Counted from the first letter of the stretch, positions 1 through 14,124 are shown. The stretch is DNA of 64,000 bases from Pristiophorus japonicus (GCF_044704955.1 NC_091986.1:31806001-31870000), one strand, 5' to 3'. The notes: generated by a model not told the origin, from the sequence alone. A program made the numbers and translations.

Positions 1-194
1 GTGAATGTAGCACATGACTCATGTCGTGATATGTGTCATAGCATTGCTTGCCTTGATATTATCTCTGAACAGACAGCGGTTTCTAGTTCTATCAGATCTC
101 TGAGCCACATCACCATAGAACAATGAGACCCCACCTTCTGATTGGTTGAGTCATATCCCATCATTTTAGCAAGAACATTTTCAGTGGCAAGAAG

Positions 195-458
195 TAATAT
201 GTCCTTACTATACAGTACAAATGCACACGAGGTCCATATTAGAGAGAAGGTTACTCTGTGACCAGTAACCTTTATTAGCCAGCACTGAAGTGGAGAAGAT
301 GCTGAAGTGGAGAAGATGGGTGGAGCTTCCCCTTTTCTCCCTGAAAGTCCAGGTTAGGAGTGTCTCCCACAAGTTCACCACCTAGTGGTCAGTGGTCTCA
401 CGGTGTACAACTTAAGTCAGTTTATACATGGATTTCAATAACCGTTGAATACATGACA
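195..458 (-). mobile_element. Solo LTR (Gypsy-type)
   Basis: Minus-strand termini TGTCATG...CATATTA. Perfect 5-bp TSD AGAAG at 190-194 and 459-463. AATAAA on the minus strand at 271-276. Internal 17-bp tandem duplication at 285-318. Confidence 0.8.
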
Positions 459-589
459 AGAAGCCTACATGTCAGTTCCCCACATACCCCACAAATATGC
501 TTAATCACATAAATAAAAAATTAAATAATTGATAATAAGCCTCCCCATCGTACCTCGACGAACACCACCACCCCCTCCCATTCCACAAA

Positions 590-1078
590 ATCAACAGTCT
601 CAAGCCAGATACACCTTTTCCCACACAGATATTACCATACCTGTCAGGAGTGTGATGGAATACTCTCCACTTTCCTGGATGGATACAGCTGCAACAACAC
701 TAAAGAAGCTGGACACCATCGAGGACAAAGCAGCCCAATTGATCGGCACCCCATTCACTACCCTAAACATCTGTTTCTTCCACCGCTGGCATACCATTGC
801 TGCAGTGTATACTATCTATAGGATACAGCCACTCAGCAAACCACCTTCACCAGTATCTCCCAAATCCATAACCTCCAAGAAGGCCACAGGTGGCAAATGC
901 AAGGCAACGCCCTCACTTGCAAGTTCCCCTCCAAATCCTGACTTGCCCATGTATCACCATTCCTCCTTCATCGCTGGGTCAAAATCATGGAACACCTTCC
1001 CTAACAGCACTGTGGAAGCACCTTCACCATGTGGGCTGCAGCAATTCAAGAAGGCAGATCACCACCACATTCTCCCAA
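590..1078 (+). mobile_element. 3' fragment of a CR1/L2-superfamily LINE (family B)
   Basis: Encodes VRSVMEYSPL...KLDTIEDKAA and SFIAGSKSWN; homologous to 21735-22942 and 47892-49160. Confidence 0.75.
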
Positions 1079-1358
1079 AAGTGATTTTCTTTTAAAACCT
1101 CCCTGCAGCTCTGTATTCTAGGTTTTGACACACTGCCCCAAAGCACACATGCACAGGCGTAGTAGACCAAAGGCATGCTCATGGCTATGTGCCTCATGAC
1201 CAACAACCCCCCCCACTCCCCCGTCCCCCTGCCGCCCCACCCACAGCTAGCTCTGGCCTTCAAGTGGCATCCCATCCATGGCTCAAATCTGCTGCCACAG
1301 CTCTGTTCCCAGCTCCTGCAGTTCTAGCCTTTAGTCTAACAGTTCTGTTCTCCCAACC

Positions 1359-1569
1359 TATTGTGTTCCTAACACAGATGAGGCTGCACACAGGGAGGTT
1401 AAAGTAACAGTGACCTCAGTCTTTAATAAGACACTCCAGAGTGAGGAACAGGCCTTTGGGGCCGGCTTAAATACAGTGCTCCCAAGGGATGCTGGGATTC
1501 CTTGGGACTTCAGGGGATGAGCTCCCTGGTGGCGGAACATGGGAGTGCATGCTTTATAGATACACAACA
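1359..1569 (-). repeat. 3' LTR of Gypsy element 1
   Basis: Direct repeat of 5467-5674; about 12 substitutions plus one 3-bp indel by eye. Confidence 0.95.
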
Positions 1570-1592
1570 TCACTCGTCAAAGTGAAAACTAT

Positions 1593-4500
1593 TTACAAGG
1601 TGAGGTCGGGAGCCTTTCTTTCCCTGGTGGACTGCCTCGGTACAAATGTCTGTTCTGGTGTGTTGGCTGTGCCCTCGCTGGGCTGGCGTGTTGTTGGCCC
1701 TGCAGGGCTGCTAGGTGAGCCTGGCCTTGCTGGGCTGTTGGGCGTGATGGGTTCGATTTCCTGGTCTGGCGTGGTGTCGTTTATCCTTTGGGTGTGTGTT
1801 GTGGGCTCGACAAAGGTGGTGTCTGCTGTGGGTTGTTCAGGGCAGTCTGTGAACCGCAACCTCATTTGGTCCAGGTGCTTTCTGCAAATTTGTCCATTGT
1901 CTAGCTTGACTACAAACACCCGAATCCCTTCTTTAGCTATCACCGTGCCCGTGATCCACTTGGGACCAAGTTCATAGTTTAGCACATATAGAGGGTCATT
2001 CAGTTCAATTTCCCATGACACAGTGGCGCTACCATTGTTTACATTTTGTTGCTGCCGCCTGCTCTCTACCTGATCATGCAGGTTGGGGTGAACCAGCGAA
2101 AGTCTGGTTTTAAGTGTCCTTTTCATGAGTAGCTCAGCCGGGGGTACCCCTGTGAGCGAGTGGGGTCTCGTGCGGTAGCTGAGCAGTACTCTGGACAGGC
2201 GGGTTTGGAGTGAGCCTTCTGTGACTCGTTTAAGGCTCTGTTTGATTGTACTTCCCGCTCTGCCTGCCCATTGGAGGTTGGTTTAAACAGGGTTGAGGTG
2301 ACATGTTTGATCCCATTGCGGGTCATGAATTCTTTAAATTCGGCACTGGTGAAACATGGCCCGTTGTCACTGACCAGTATGTCAGGCAGGCCGTGGGTGG
2401 CAAACATGGCCCTCAGGCTTTCAATGGTAGTGGTGGCGGTGCTTCCCGACATTATTTCACATTCAATCCCTTTTTTTAAAAAAGCATCCACCACCACCAG
2501 GAACATTTTACTGAAAAACGGGCCCACATAGTCGACATGGATCCTCGACCATGGTCTGGAGGCCAGGATCACAAACTTAGTGGTGCCTCTCTCGGCGCGT
2601 TGCTCAACTGAGCACATAAGCTACATTGCCGTACACAGGACTCTAAGTCAGAGTCTATACCGGGCCACCACACATGGGATCTGGCTATCGCTTTCATCAT
2701 TACTATACCCGGGTATGTGCCGTGGAGATCCGAGATAAACGTGTCTCTGCCCTTTTTTGGTTGCACTATACGGTTACCCCACAACAGGCAGTCTGCCTGA
2801 ATGGACAGCTCGTCCTTTCGCCGCTGGAACGACTTGATTAGCTCTTGCATTTCAACGGGGATGCTGGCCCAGCTCCCATGCAGTACATAGTTTTTTACTA
2901 GGGACAGCAGAGGATCTTGGCTAGTCCAAGTCCTAATCTGGCGGGCCGTGACAGGTGATTTATCATTTTTAAACGCTTCCATGACCATTAACAAGTCTGC
3001 GGGTTGCGCCACCATCAACAAATTTGCAGGCTGTGCCATTTCCACCCCCGTGGTGGGCAATGGTAGCCGACTGAGAGCATCTGCACAGTTCTCAGTGCCT
3101 GGCCTACGGCGGATGGTATAGTTATACGCTGATAGCGCGAGTGCCCACCTTTGTATGTGGGCTGAGGCATTAGTATTTATCCCCTTGTTTTCGGCGAACA
3201 GAGATGTGAGGGGCTTGTGATCGGTTTCCAGCTCAAATTTGCAGCCAAACAGGTACTGATGCATTTTCTTTACCCTGAACACACACGCTAATGACTCTTT
3301 CTCAATCATGCTGTAGGCCCTCTCAGCCTTAGACAAGCTCCTGGAAGCAGAGGCAAAAGGTTGCAACTTCCCCGCAACGTTAGCTTGTTGTAATATACAC
3401 CCCACTCCATATGACGATGCGTCACATGTTAGCACAAGACTTTTACACGGGTTATACAATAGAAGCAGCATGTTGGAGCATAAAATGTTTCAGACTTTCT
3501 CAAAAGCAATTATTTTCTTTTTTCCCCATACCCAGTTCTCACCTTTGCACAATAACACATGTAGGGGCTCTCAGAGGGTGCTTAACCCCAGTAGGAAGTT
3601 ACCAAAATAGTTGAGGACTCTAAGGAACGACCGCAGCTCCGTGACGTTCTGTGGCCTGGGCGCATTCCTGATAGTCTCTGTCTTGGCGTCTGTGGGCCGA
3701 ATGCCATCCGCCGCGATCTTTCTCCCAAAAAACTCCACTTCTGTTGCCATGAAGACGCATTTCGACCTCTTCAGCCGCAGCCCTACACGATCTAGTCGCT
3801 GGAGGACCTCCTCCAGGTTTTGTAGTTGCTCGGCGGTGTCCTGACCCATGACCAATATGTCGTCCTGAAAGACCACCATGTGTGGTACCGACTTGAGTAG
3901 GCTCTCCATGTTTCTCTGGAAGATCGCTGCAGCCGACCAAATTCCAAACGGGCATCTGTTGTAGATGAACAGTCCCTTGTGTGTGTTGATGTGGATGAGG
4001 CCCTTCGAAGACGACTCCGCTCCTGCTTCATGTAGGCCGAAGTCAGGTCGAGTTTGGTGAACGTCTTGCCTCCTGCCAGCGTCGCAAATAGGTCGTCTGC
4101 CTTAGGTCGCGGGTATTGGTCCTGTAGCGAGAAACGATTAATAGTTACTTTATAATCGCTGCAAATACTGACCGTGCCATCACTTTTGAGTACTGAAACA
4201 ATCGGGCTGGCCCACTCGCTGAATTCCACTGGGGAGATGATGCCCTCGTGTTGCAGTCTGTCCAGCTCGATTTCCACTCTCTCCCTCATCATGTGAGATA
4301 CCGCTGCCCAGGACACTGATCAGCTCTTTGGTATACGTTCTCCGTTTCGTGTGGATGGGGCTCAGGGTGGGTCTGAATGCCTTGTTGCACCACAGTCTCT
4401 CAAACATCTTTTTACTCATGATGGATTGGCTAGCGCCAGTATCCAGTTCGATGGCTACAGGTAAGCCATTCAATTTTACGTTTAGCATTATAGGTAGGCA

Positions 4501-4602
4501 TTTCGTCTCAAATGTGTGCACCCCGTGTACTTCAGCATCTGCTTCCTCTCTCTCAGGCTCAAAATTGCTTTGATCCACCATGTACCGATCTTCCACTGCC
4601 AT
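1593..4602 (-). pseudogene. pol: Gypsy pol (protease, RT, RNase H, integrase), frameshifted
   Basis: Motifs IELDTGAS (protease), SEWASPIV / KLDLTSAY / VFQDDILV (RT), LTCDASSYGVG / ETDHKPL (RNase H), RIHVDYVGPF / VSDNGPCFTS / SNGQAER (integrase), spread over several frames. Deletion between protease and RT near 4310. Confidence 0.93.
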
Positions 4603-4635
4603 GTGGTGGTTAGCAGGTTTTGCAGAGCTTGCAGC

Positions 4636-5434
4636 TCATTTGCAAGCTCGTTGGAGGTGCCCCATTGTTCCACAGCTCTTGCAAACATAACCTTTGAAGT
4701 GGCATGAATAGGCTGAACAGAAGCCTCCACAATGCCAACAAGGTGTGAATTGCCTTGCATTCATCCTTTGTTGTGGACTCTGAGTCATCTGGGTCAACTG
4801 AGGCCTGCTGGCAGTTGCAGACTCGTGGTTTCTGCCCTGTACATTTCTGCTCGCAAAAACAGTTCCAGTTAATTTATGAACATTGCTAGCACTTGTGTGC
4901 GCTGAGATTTTTTTGGTGTTATCACTGGTGGACATAAACGCCTGTGCTATCGCAATGGCCTTACTGAGGGTCGGTGTCTCTACAGTCAAAAGTTTTCGTA
5001 GGAAGGTCTCGTGGCCAATGCCCACTACAAAAAAGTCTCTGAGCATTTGCTCCAGGTAGCCATCAAACTCACATTGTCCTGCAAGTCGCCTTAGCTCGGC
5101 CATGTAGCTCGCCACTTCCTGACCTTTCCGATCACTGGCATGTGTAGAACCAATACCTCGCCATCAGCACGCGTTCCCTCAGGTTAAGATGCTCCCGAAC
5201 CATTGTACACAGCTCCTCATACGACTTATCTGTGGGTTTGCCTGGAGCCAGAAGATTCTTCATGAGGCTGTAGGTCGGTGCCCTGCAGATTGTGAGGAGG
5301 ACCGCTCTCCTTTTTGCAGCGCTTCCTTCTCCGCCCAGCTCGTTGGCTACAAAGTACTGGTCTAGCTGTTCGACATAGGCTTCCCAGTCCTCACCCTCCG
5401 AGAACTTCTCCAGGATGCCCACAGTTTGCTGCAT
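4636..5434 (-). pseudogene. gag: Gypsy gag, frameshifted
   Basis: EDWEAYVEQLDQYFVAN, YMAELRRLAGQCEF...LRDFFVVG, and two Cys knuckles (CWHCGG, CKSCGTMGH). Confidence 0.9.
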
Positions 5435-5440
5435 CTTTAC

Positions 5441-5464
5441 GTTGGATTCCTTTTCTCTTCGCCA
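5441..5464 (-). promoter_or_regulatory. Primer-binding site, probably tRNA-Ser(GCU)
   Basis: TGGCGAAGAGAAAAGGAATCCAAC two bases after the 5' LTR; resembles the complement of a tRNA-Ser(GCU) 3' end (TGGCGACGAGGATGGGATTCGAAC, recalled). Confidence 0.6.
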
Positions 5465-5466
5465 GT

Positions 5467-5674
5467 TATTGTGTTCCTTACACAGATGAGGCTGCACACA
5501 GGGAGGTTAAAGTAACAGTGATCTCAGTCTTTAAGACACTTCAGAGTGAGGAACAGGCCTTAGGGGTCGGCTTATATCTAGTGCTCCCAAGGGATGCTGG
5601 GATCCTTTGGGACTTCAGGGGATGAGCTCCCTGGTGGTGGAACATGGGAGTGCATGCTTTACAGATACACAACA
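5467..5674 (-). repeat. 5' LTR of Gypsy element 1
   Basis: Direct repeat of 1359-1569; minus-strand termini TGTTG...CAATA. Confidence 0.95.
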
Positions 5675-6398
5675 CAGCCCAAGCTTGTCCCTACCCCAAT
5701 CCCTGTCTTGCTCGCAGCCGGTTGGCCAATAAGTTATTTGGATCCATGCAGATGACTAGGCTGTCTGCCCGATCCCAGGTAAGCATTGCAGATGAAGAAC
5801 ACATTTGCAAACTAAACCGCAGATTGAAGCTGCAAAGAACAAGGGAAAAAATTGATACAATTCAGAAGCTTAGTGTGAACAGTTTCACTTGCTATTATAG
5901 CATCTGTGTTGGAGTTGATGGTTTTCTCTCTTCTTCCATTTTCTTACTGAAAGGATTCTAAAATTGGCTTCAGCACCCTTGGGCTAAGGTGGATAAAAAG
6001 TTCTCACACTTCAAAATCAACTATCTGAAAGTGTATACTAGTCATACAGAGCAAAAAGACTGAGGCAGACAGAGCGAGTGCCAAAGGTAACAATGGGGGA
6101 GATGTCGAATTAAATGGTGGGAGAGATGGTGACTGGGAGCAAGAGGCTAATTTTTTTAAACTTTTGTCGGTGAGTAAATAAATGCAGAAGTTGTAAAGTG
6201 CACTGGGCTATGGATGTAAAAAAAAAATTAAATGATGGAACTTAGTTTATCAAACTTCCATCTTAAAACTGAATAAATGAGAAAAGCCATGGCTAATTCG
6301 TTGACTTTTTGACCAAGATTTCAAATATTAAGAGACACAAGTTAAAATGAGAATGTGAGGAATAAGAATTCAAGTAAAACTTATGCCGTTAACTTATT

Positions 6399-7044
6399 GG
6401 GCCCAAAATTGGTGGACATACTGCTGCGTCCCGCCCAAAATTGTGAAATTGATTGAAAAATACCAACATACCGTCCGGTGGAAAATTCATCAGCGACATA
6501 CCGCTGGGTGGTATGCATACCGTCCACCCTTACACACTGCCAACATATCACCCAAAATTACTAAATTGATGACTTACCACTGACACATACTTCTGACCCT
6601 GCAGACCTCCCTGGAAAAGGTGGTTTTAAGTCAATCTTCAGTCGGCGGCATGCATCTTCACCTGTGAAAAATGCTTTTATCTATCACCCCGCCCCCCCAA
6701 GTAGCAATCTCCCCCACCCCCCCCAAGAAGCGACCCCTCCCCACACAGCGCGCTCAGGCTGGCAGTCTCTGCCGATTCTGGTCGGTGCCTCTCGGGGGGT
6801 GGGGGGGGGGGGCGGAGCTTCCCAGCAGCATGCGCGTGCACAGAACTCGGGACCCGAAGATTCCCAAGTGAAAAGGACTCACTGCCGGCTGCACTCCGCT
6901 CCGCCCGCTGCATTCCGCTCGGCATACCGTTGTGAAAAAACTGCTGAAAATCGCGCACACTCCGCCCCAGCGGTACCTGGCGGAACGAAATGACATACGA
7001 CCGGCATACCGCTGAGAAATGGGCGGGCGACCAATTTCGGCCCC
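6399..7044. mobile_element. Non-autonomous TIR element (Harbinger-type MITE)
   Basis: TIR GGGCCCAAAATTGGT / ACCAATTTCGGCCCC; TSD ATT/ATT; repeated CATACCG subterminal motifs. Confidence 0.85.
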
Positions 7045-8154
7045 ATTTAGTTAAATGCTAGTGGAATAAGTTAGTCGGTATTTCTATAGAGATGTTGGGC
7101 AGATAGATAGGTTTGATTGATCTATTAAAAAAGGATACGCTTGTTAGACTAACAGCCCTTTTATTATTCATAGCCATTTTTGTTTTCTTGGAGGATTCAC
7201 TCCCATTGTGCATGAAGCAATGTTTTGATGATCACAGGGGTACAGATGAACCTTGATAAATAGTTTGCATCGAAATAGTATAATTGGCTCAGGCTTTCTA
7301 TTTAATGAGTGAATAGAATTGGTGCATTGGGACTGTTTCCTGAATCAGATATGAATCTATTCATGCAATGCCCTAGCATCCGAAATTGCATATTGTAATC
7401 TATGGAATCACTGGGACACTAACTGGAGTTCATGCGGATGCCATTCATTTACTCAGGAAGCTTGACAACTTTAATCTTTTTTAACTTTATAAGAAAATAG
7501 CAGGAGAATTGAGCACTAGCTTCCAAATTCAGTTTAATTGAAGCACCAACTGATTTGAAGACATTGATTTATCTGCTGATTGTAAAAGCAAGGTGCTCAG
7601 GTGCAGAAGCACAGCTTCAAAGAGCATTTCCTGACTAATAGATATGCTGGGTCAACTAAGCAAGCAATAAGCCTGTCAAAAATCTACTTGGAAATTTTTA
7701 ATAAAGGTTGATTTATTCATATTGTGGATATCTCTAATGTAGATCATTTCTCAATGACAATGCTTTGGACTGTATCAGACTGTCTTGTATATTGTATATT
7801 GTATTGCTTGGAGACCATAGCTGTGGAATTAATAAATGGCAGCAGAGATAAAGTCAAGCTGCATTTTAGCAGTAATGATGTCCTATACATTGTCTAGCCA
7901 TTTCCAAGGAATATTTGATAGTTGATGAACCGCCATCAAGGCATTGTTCACCCAGCATTTTCATTGGGACCTTGAATGGAGGTCAGGTCGATCACAACAT
8001 AACATAACAATTCTAAGTACATTATCTCAATAAAAAACAGGGGTCTCAGAAGATGGAGGACAGTTTGGACCAGGTATAATTTTCATTGGTGTGACAGTTA
8101 CTTTCCTCTCATTCAGAAATGCAGATTCTCCTCTTGGCCAAACTGTCCTCATCA

Positions 8155-9664
8155 TGTAGGAACATAGGAACAGGAGCAGGCCATTCAGCCCCTCGAGCCT
8201 GTTCTGCTATTCAATGAGATCATGGCTAATCTGTGACCTAACTCCATATACCTGCCTTTGCCCCATATCCCTTAATATCTTTGGTTAACAAAAGTTTATC
8301 AATCCCAGATTTAAAATTAACAACTAGCATCAACTGCCATTTGCGGACGAGAATTCCAAACTTCAACCACCATTTGAGTAGAAATGTTTGCTAACCTCAC
8401 ATCTGAAAGATCTGGTTCTAATTTTTAGGCTATGTCCCACAGAGTGAGACTCCCCAACCAGAGGAAACAGTTTCTCCCTAGCTAACCTATCGGTTCCACT
8501 TGATATCTTGAAAATTTAGATTAATTTATCTGTTAAGCCTCTAAATTCCAGGGAATACAGCCCTAGTTTGTGTAATTAATCTCTCAATTTAATTCTGGGA
8601 ATCCAGATATCATTCTGGTAAATCTTTGCTGCACTCCCTCCACAGCCAATAAATACTTCTTGAGGTGTGGTGCCCGGAACTGCTCTCAGTATTCCAGGTG
8701 TGGTCTAACTTGGGCTTTGTATAGCTGCAACATAACTTCTGCCCCCTTTTATATTCTAGCCCTCTAGATATAAAGGCCAGCATCCCATTAGCTTTCTTGA
8801 TTATTTTCAGGACCTGTCCATGAATTTTAATGATCTATGTCCAAGGACCCCTAAGTCTCTTTGGACCTATACTTTTTTTTAGCTTTTCACAATTTGGAAA
8901 GTACTCTGATCGATCATGTTTAGGTCCAAAGTGGATGAGGTCACACTTGCCTACATTGCAATCCAATTGCCACAATTTTGCTCATTCACTTAATCTATTA
9001 ATATCTCTTTGTAATTTTATCCTTCCATCTACACTGCTTACAATGCCATCTATCTTTGTGTCATGGGTAAACTTGGAGATGTGGCTATTTATCCCATCAT
9101 CTAATTCGTTAATAAATACGGTGAATAGTTGCGGCCTCATCACAGATCCCTGCGGGACACCACTAGTCACGTCCTGCCGCTCAGCCAGTCTCTTAACCAG
9201 GTCAATAATTTACCGTCAATTCCATGAACTTCAGCTTTAGCTAACAATCTCTTATGAGGGACTTTCTCGAATGTCTTCTGGAAGAAATAATATCTGTAGA
9301 CATTCCCCTTTCCACTAATTTATCATCTCAGAAAATTCAATCTGGTTCATCAGGCAAGACCTACCCTTTACAAATCTATGCTGGCTCTCTCTGATCAATT
9401 GAAAATTTTCAAGATGTTCATTATAGACTCTAGTAATTTCCTGACAACAGATGTTAGGGTAACCGGTCTACAATTCCATGGTTTCCCCCTCTCACCTTTC
9501 TTAAATAGCGGAGTAGGATGTGCAGTTTTCCAATCTAAAGGAACGGTTCCTGAATCAAGGGAACGTTAGAAGATTATAGTTTAGAGCACCTGCAATGTGC
9601 TTTTTAAATTTTGGGATGAAAACCATCTGTTCCTGGTGATTTGTCACTCTTTAGTGCCATTATT
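8155..9664 (-). mobile_element. CR1 LINE, 3' part of a copy that continues at 14554-14720, 15422-15775 and 19124-19436
   Basis: CR1 3' tail at 8155; RT motif SGVPQGSV..PQLF..FINELDDG..SHISKFTHDTK at 8982-9170; sequence resumes colinearly after each insertion. Confidence 0.85.
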
Positions 9665-10650
9665 GGGTCGTAAATCTCAGCATTGCCGGGTCCGTACAAA
9701 GTGCGCATGGACTTGGCGAGGCCTCACAAAAGCCGATTTTCGGGGCACAGTGCGCATGTGCTGAAAACCGGCTTTTCTGATCTGTCAAGATTTCTCTAGA
9801 CAGATCTTCCACATCCTCAGGATGCCCAGCGAAATCTCCTTCAAACTTTTATGCCGGGTAAAAGGAGGAGCATAACTTACTTTTACCAGCATAAGAGTTT
9901 TAAAACATTTAAAAATTAAATTTAAACACGCATTTTTATATTAAAATCTCTGTCCATTAAGATAAGTTTATTTTTAACACTTTTAAAACAAATACAAAAG
10001 ATATATATATATATGTTTTTCTAAAACATTTAATTTAAATTAATTTTAAATGAGGTGTTTTATTTATTGATTATGCTGTTTTTCAGTGTTTTTGGGGTTT
10101 GTCCTCATTGATAGTAATGGGAGCTCCCATTTTTATCAATGAGAATACTGCATAGGGCGAGACTTTCCATCAGTTTTGCATCACTACCGCCCACTTATAC
10201 TCTCTCAGTGTTAAAATGGATGTTAACGCCCAGTTATCGCCCATTTCACAAAAAAAATGGAAACTAATGCCCTTTATTGCTCACTTATTGCCCAGCATTA
10301 ACCGGTAGTTAATGTCGAGAATTAATAATACCGTCCGCCCATATTTTTTTGCCGTAAAGGTCAGAATAAACTAAACGCCCATAATATCGCCGAAAATATC
10401 GCTCGTCGAAAAAAAGCTGCACTCACCTGACCTTAACCAGCGCTATGGATGCCATTTTGTAAATTGGAGGATTTTTCATATAAAAGGCTGCTTCAACTTC
10501 TGGGGAGTTTTGATGTAATCTGAAGTTTTTTTTAAGGTGATTTGAAAATCTGAACAAACATCTTATCATTATGTGGACGAATTGAATTTATTTTATTTGT
10601 TTTAGTAGGTAAATTTATAGTTTGTGAACAATAGGTATAATGATATTGTA

Positions 10651-11806
10651 ATGGGGCCTGTAATTTCTCAGCCTGTCTTGATGACTACGCATATGCTGCA
10701 GACTAGAGATGGCAGAAGGTATATTGGAAGAGCATTATGTGCTCAAAGAAGTGGTAGACTGCTGAGGAGGACGAGAGCTTACACCCCATGCACTTATAGG
10801 GCGAAGCGGTCTTACCTGAACTTGTCCGAGAAACGTGCCTTAGTAGACTGCACTTCCGAAAGGAGGTCATCAGTGAGATATGCCAGCTCACTAGGGGAGA
10901 TCTGCAGCCTAACAGCACCATCAGGACCGCACTGCCCCCTGAGGTCAAGGTAACTGCGACACTTTCCTTCTATGCATCGGGTTCCTTTCATGCCTCAGCT
11001 GGCGACATTTGCGCTATATCTCAGCATGCCACATGTTGCAGCATTTGACAGGTGACTGAAGCCCTTTACGCATGCAGGATGGATTTTATCAGCTTCCCTG
11101 TGACCAGGGCTCTAGGATTCTCGAATAGCAAACTTCCCCAAGGTGCAGGGAGCAATAGAGACTGTATACACATCGCCACGTGGGCACCTTTTCAGGATGC
11201 AGAGGTTTTTCGAAACCGAAAGGGATTCCAGTCCCTGAATGTGCAACTCGTCGTCGACCACAAGCAAATTATAATGGCAGTAAATGCCAAATTTCCAGGC
11301 AGCATCCATGATGCTTCAATCCTGCATGAGAGCACTGTATCTAACATGGTTACCAGTCAGGCACAAGGTCAATGCTGGATGCTTGGTGACAAAGGATATG
11401 GCCTCACCACCTGGCTGATGACTCCCCTGCATAAGACTCGGACAGAGGCTAAGAAGCGATACAACGAAAGCTACATAGCTGCACGCAATATCGTTGAAAA
11501 GACAATTGGAGTGCTTAAGCAACGGAGGTGAGTTACAATACCATCCTGAGCAGGAAGCTCAATTCATAGTGGTGTGCTGCATGCTGCACAACTTGGCTGT
11601 TGGGAGGGGACAAGAATTGCCAGAAGGGACTGCGGTCCACCTCAGAAGAGAGAGGACGAGGAGGTGGACGATGACCTCGGGGCAGACAATCAGGCTGACG
11701 CTGAAACCATTCCCCCGCCCCCTCTAGACCGCAGGAAAGAGCCCGTGGTGGCTACATAGCTACAAGACTCTTGCGTCAGCAGCTTACAAATGAGCGCTGT
11801 GCTTGA
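10651..11806 (+). pseudogene. Harbinger (HARBI1-like) DDE transposase, disrupted
   Basis: LSFYASGSF, FRNRKGFQSLNVQLVVD, FPGSIHDASIL, LGDKGY, IVEKTIGVLKQR, VVCCMLHNLA and an acidic tail; stops and frameshifts present. Confidence 0.9.
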
Positions 11807-12259
11807 AATAACATTGGTGGTATTTACAAAGCTGCAAGACTGCTGTGTCTGCAGCTCATTCATGAATGGTGTGCATTATCTTGGTGACAAAGTTAAAGTT
11901 GATTCAAATTACATTTAGTTATCCCCTTTCATATTGAGGAATCACCAGTGTTTAAAATTAAAACTATCTGAGACAATACACAAAAATGTTATGTTAAATA
12001 AAATGTTTTTAATAACATTTCTAATTATTCATAACTACTCAAAAAAAATCTCACCCCCACCCTGCAACAAATTTATAACATTTCCAATAACACAAATGCA
12101 AATAAAACAAGGTACCCCCCTCCCCCCTCCCCCCTCCCCCCTCACCCCTTTCCCCCAAACCTCCCAACATTGATTAACTTGCAACAACAATACTATAAGA
12201 ACTCCAACTCCTGTGGCCATGCACCTCATTTTCCTTCTCTTACCCCCTCCCCCCCAACA

Positions 12260-14027
12260 CCTCTTCACCCCACCTCTACCCCTTTACCTCCCGACTCCTC
12301 GCCGCTTTGCCGCAGTGATCCTCAGGTGCTGCTTTATTGGGGGGGGGAGCGGCAGATCTGCTGTTTGGCCAGATGCTGAAGAGGACATTTCCGAGGAGGA
12401 AATGTCCTGCGAGCCAGAGGCAAGAGCTTCCTCCTGGCTCGCATGTGTCATTGGCAATGGGGGTATGGCACCTTGGGGTTCAGTGCCGCATTACGGGAAA
12501 ACTGATAGCCAGGAACACTGGTGCCAGAGGGCTATCACCTCCAGGGCCACCGCTATCCACGTCATTTTCTCATTCATGTTTGAGGATAGTGTGACCATCT
12601 GGTCGGATATAGCCCCCATTGCATGGAGGAGCTGCTGACCTATCTCAACACTCCTGGACAAATGTACCATGTCTCCGCTGAGATCTGCCGATCGTGGAGC
12701 AGTCCTGCTGCATCGAACCAACCTCTGCGGAGTCGCGCCGGCATGGAGATACCTGGGTGCCCTGCGGGAAAGTGCTTGGGCCCACTAGCTCCACGGTGGA
12801 GGAGGACATGGCCACAGGCGCACTAAAAGTAATTGGTGTGGTTGATCTTGATGATGTTGCTGCAGGCTCCTCCTCCAACTCCTCACTATCCTCAGTGGAG
12901 AGGATAACCTGCAGGTTGATATACGGGGCTCCTCACCACCAGAAGGACGATCCACCGCCGCCGCCGGATCCGTGCCGTGCCTTGGTGCTGTTGGCAGTGA
13001 CTGCACTCTTGGCTGAGCTACAAAACACAAATGAGGCAATTAGAGGAGCAGAGGGTACTAGGGTCATGGGAATTCAAACGCTGCACACAGCATATGCACG
13101 AGAATAGCACTACCACTATAAAAATAATCACATACCTCACATTTAATGAACATAATCAAATTCTGCATTACAATGGTTTTCATGAGCCCATCATAAATTA
13201 CATAACACTTTCATTCATCGTATATTGTAAGATGAGTGGGTGTGGCATCTATTGTCCTTATCTTTACATCACGCAATGGTGTATACTTTACTCAAGTGGC
13301 ATAACATCAGGTTCTGCTGCTGCATGGGTGGCCGACCAGTTGTGGATCCCCACGAGTGCCAGCGCCCGCTCTTCAATGTCCGTCAGCTCACAGATCACTG
13401 GTGGGCCACCACCTGTGCGCCACTGCTCGACCCTATTCTTCAAAAGCCTCTTCTGCAAAAGGTAACAACAGCACGACATGGCATAAGATCATTGCATAAG
13501 ATCATTGCTAGGTACTGTCACAGATACTGATACAACACATAACCAACTGATAGTAATTATATCATCATTATTAACCTAAATACATACACCATAAATGTAG
13601 GATTTAAGTAAAACATTACCGGTCTAACTGCAATACATCAGATCTGAATTTATTTACTCATTACACTTACATTTACTTACAATTCAAATTATATAAATAT
13701 ATAATACTTACTCTGTCGGAACCGACAAGGTTGTTCCAGCACTTGCGGCACTGGTTGTCTTCACGCACCTCGTGTCGCCGATGACACCACCTCAGCGATT
13801 TTGGACCAGATCTTCTGATATACCTTTAGGGTAGGCTTCCCACGCCCACACCAGGTCAATTGACCCCAATGTAATTCGACCTCCTGCAGGAGGGCAGCAT
13901 TTGCCTCGTCCAAGAATTGACTCGCTCTTTTTCTACCTCCCATTTCCACTTCCTCTCCAATCTCACTGCCCTCACCAGCCCCCTCCACCTCCACATCGTA
14001 ACCTCTCACCACCTCCGTGCCTTCCAT
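12260..14027 (-). pseudogene. Harbinger Myb/SANT-like DNA-binding gene, three exons (approx. 14027-13712, 13452-13296, 13017-12260)
   Basis: RASQFLDEANAALLQEV...IWSKIAEVV...QCRKCWNNL and TGGGPP...LTDIEE. Donor AGA|GTAAGT at 13711; acceptors TTTTGCAG (13453) and GTTTTGTAG (13018). 3' end approximate. Confidence 0.8.
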
Positions 14028-14124
14028 TTTAAAAATAATTTTCTGACAGATATTTCTCTGTCACATAGCGAAGTTGTAATGAGTATTCCTCAGAAAAATC
14101 CTTAATCTCCTACAATAGCCAAAC

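Larger units (their letters stand above)
1359..5674 (-). mobile_element. Full-length but degenerate Ty3/Gypsy LTR retrotransposon
   Basis: Two ~210-bp LTRs, TSD CAACC/CAGCC (1 mismatch), PBS next to the 5' LTR, gag-PR-RT-RH-IN domain order. Confidence 0.95.

Noticed and set aside
1489-1977. + strand ORFs inside Gypsy element 1 and antisense ORFs over CR1/RTE copies
   Set aside because: Antisense shadows of transposon coding frames.
5895-5957. Possible terminal exon NPFSKKMEEERKPSTPTQML* on the minus strand
   Set aside because: Only 20 codons, a poor polypyrimidine tract, no recognisable homology and no supported upstream exons.
10651-11806. Host HARBI1 gene
   Set aside because: Disrupted by stops and frameshifts and enclosed by TIRs and a TSD, so it is a transposon copy.
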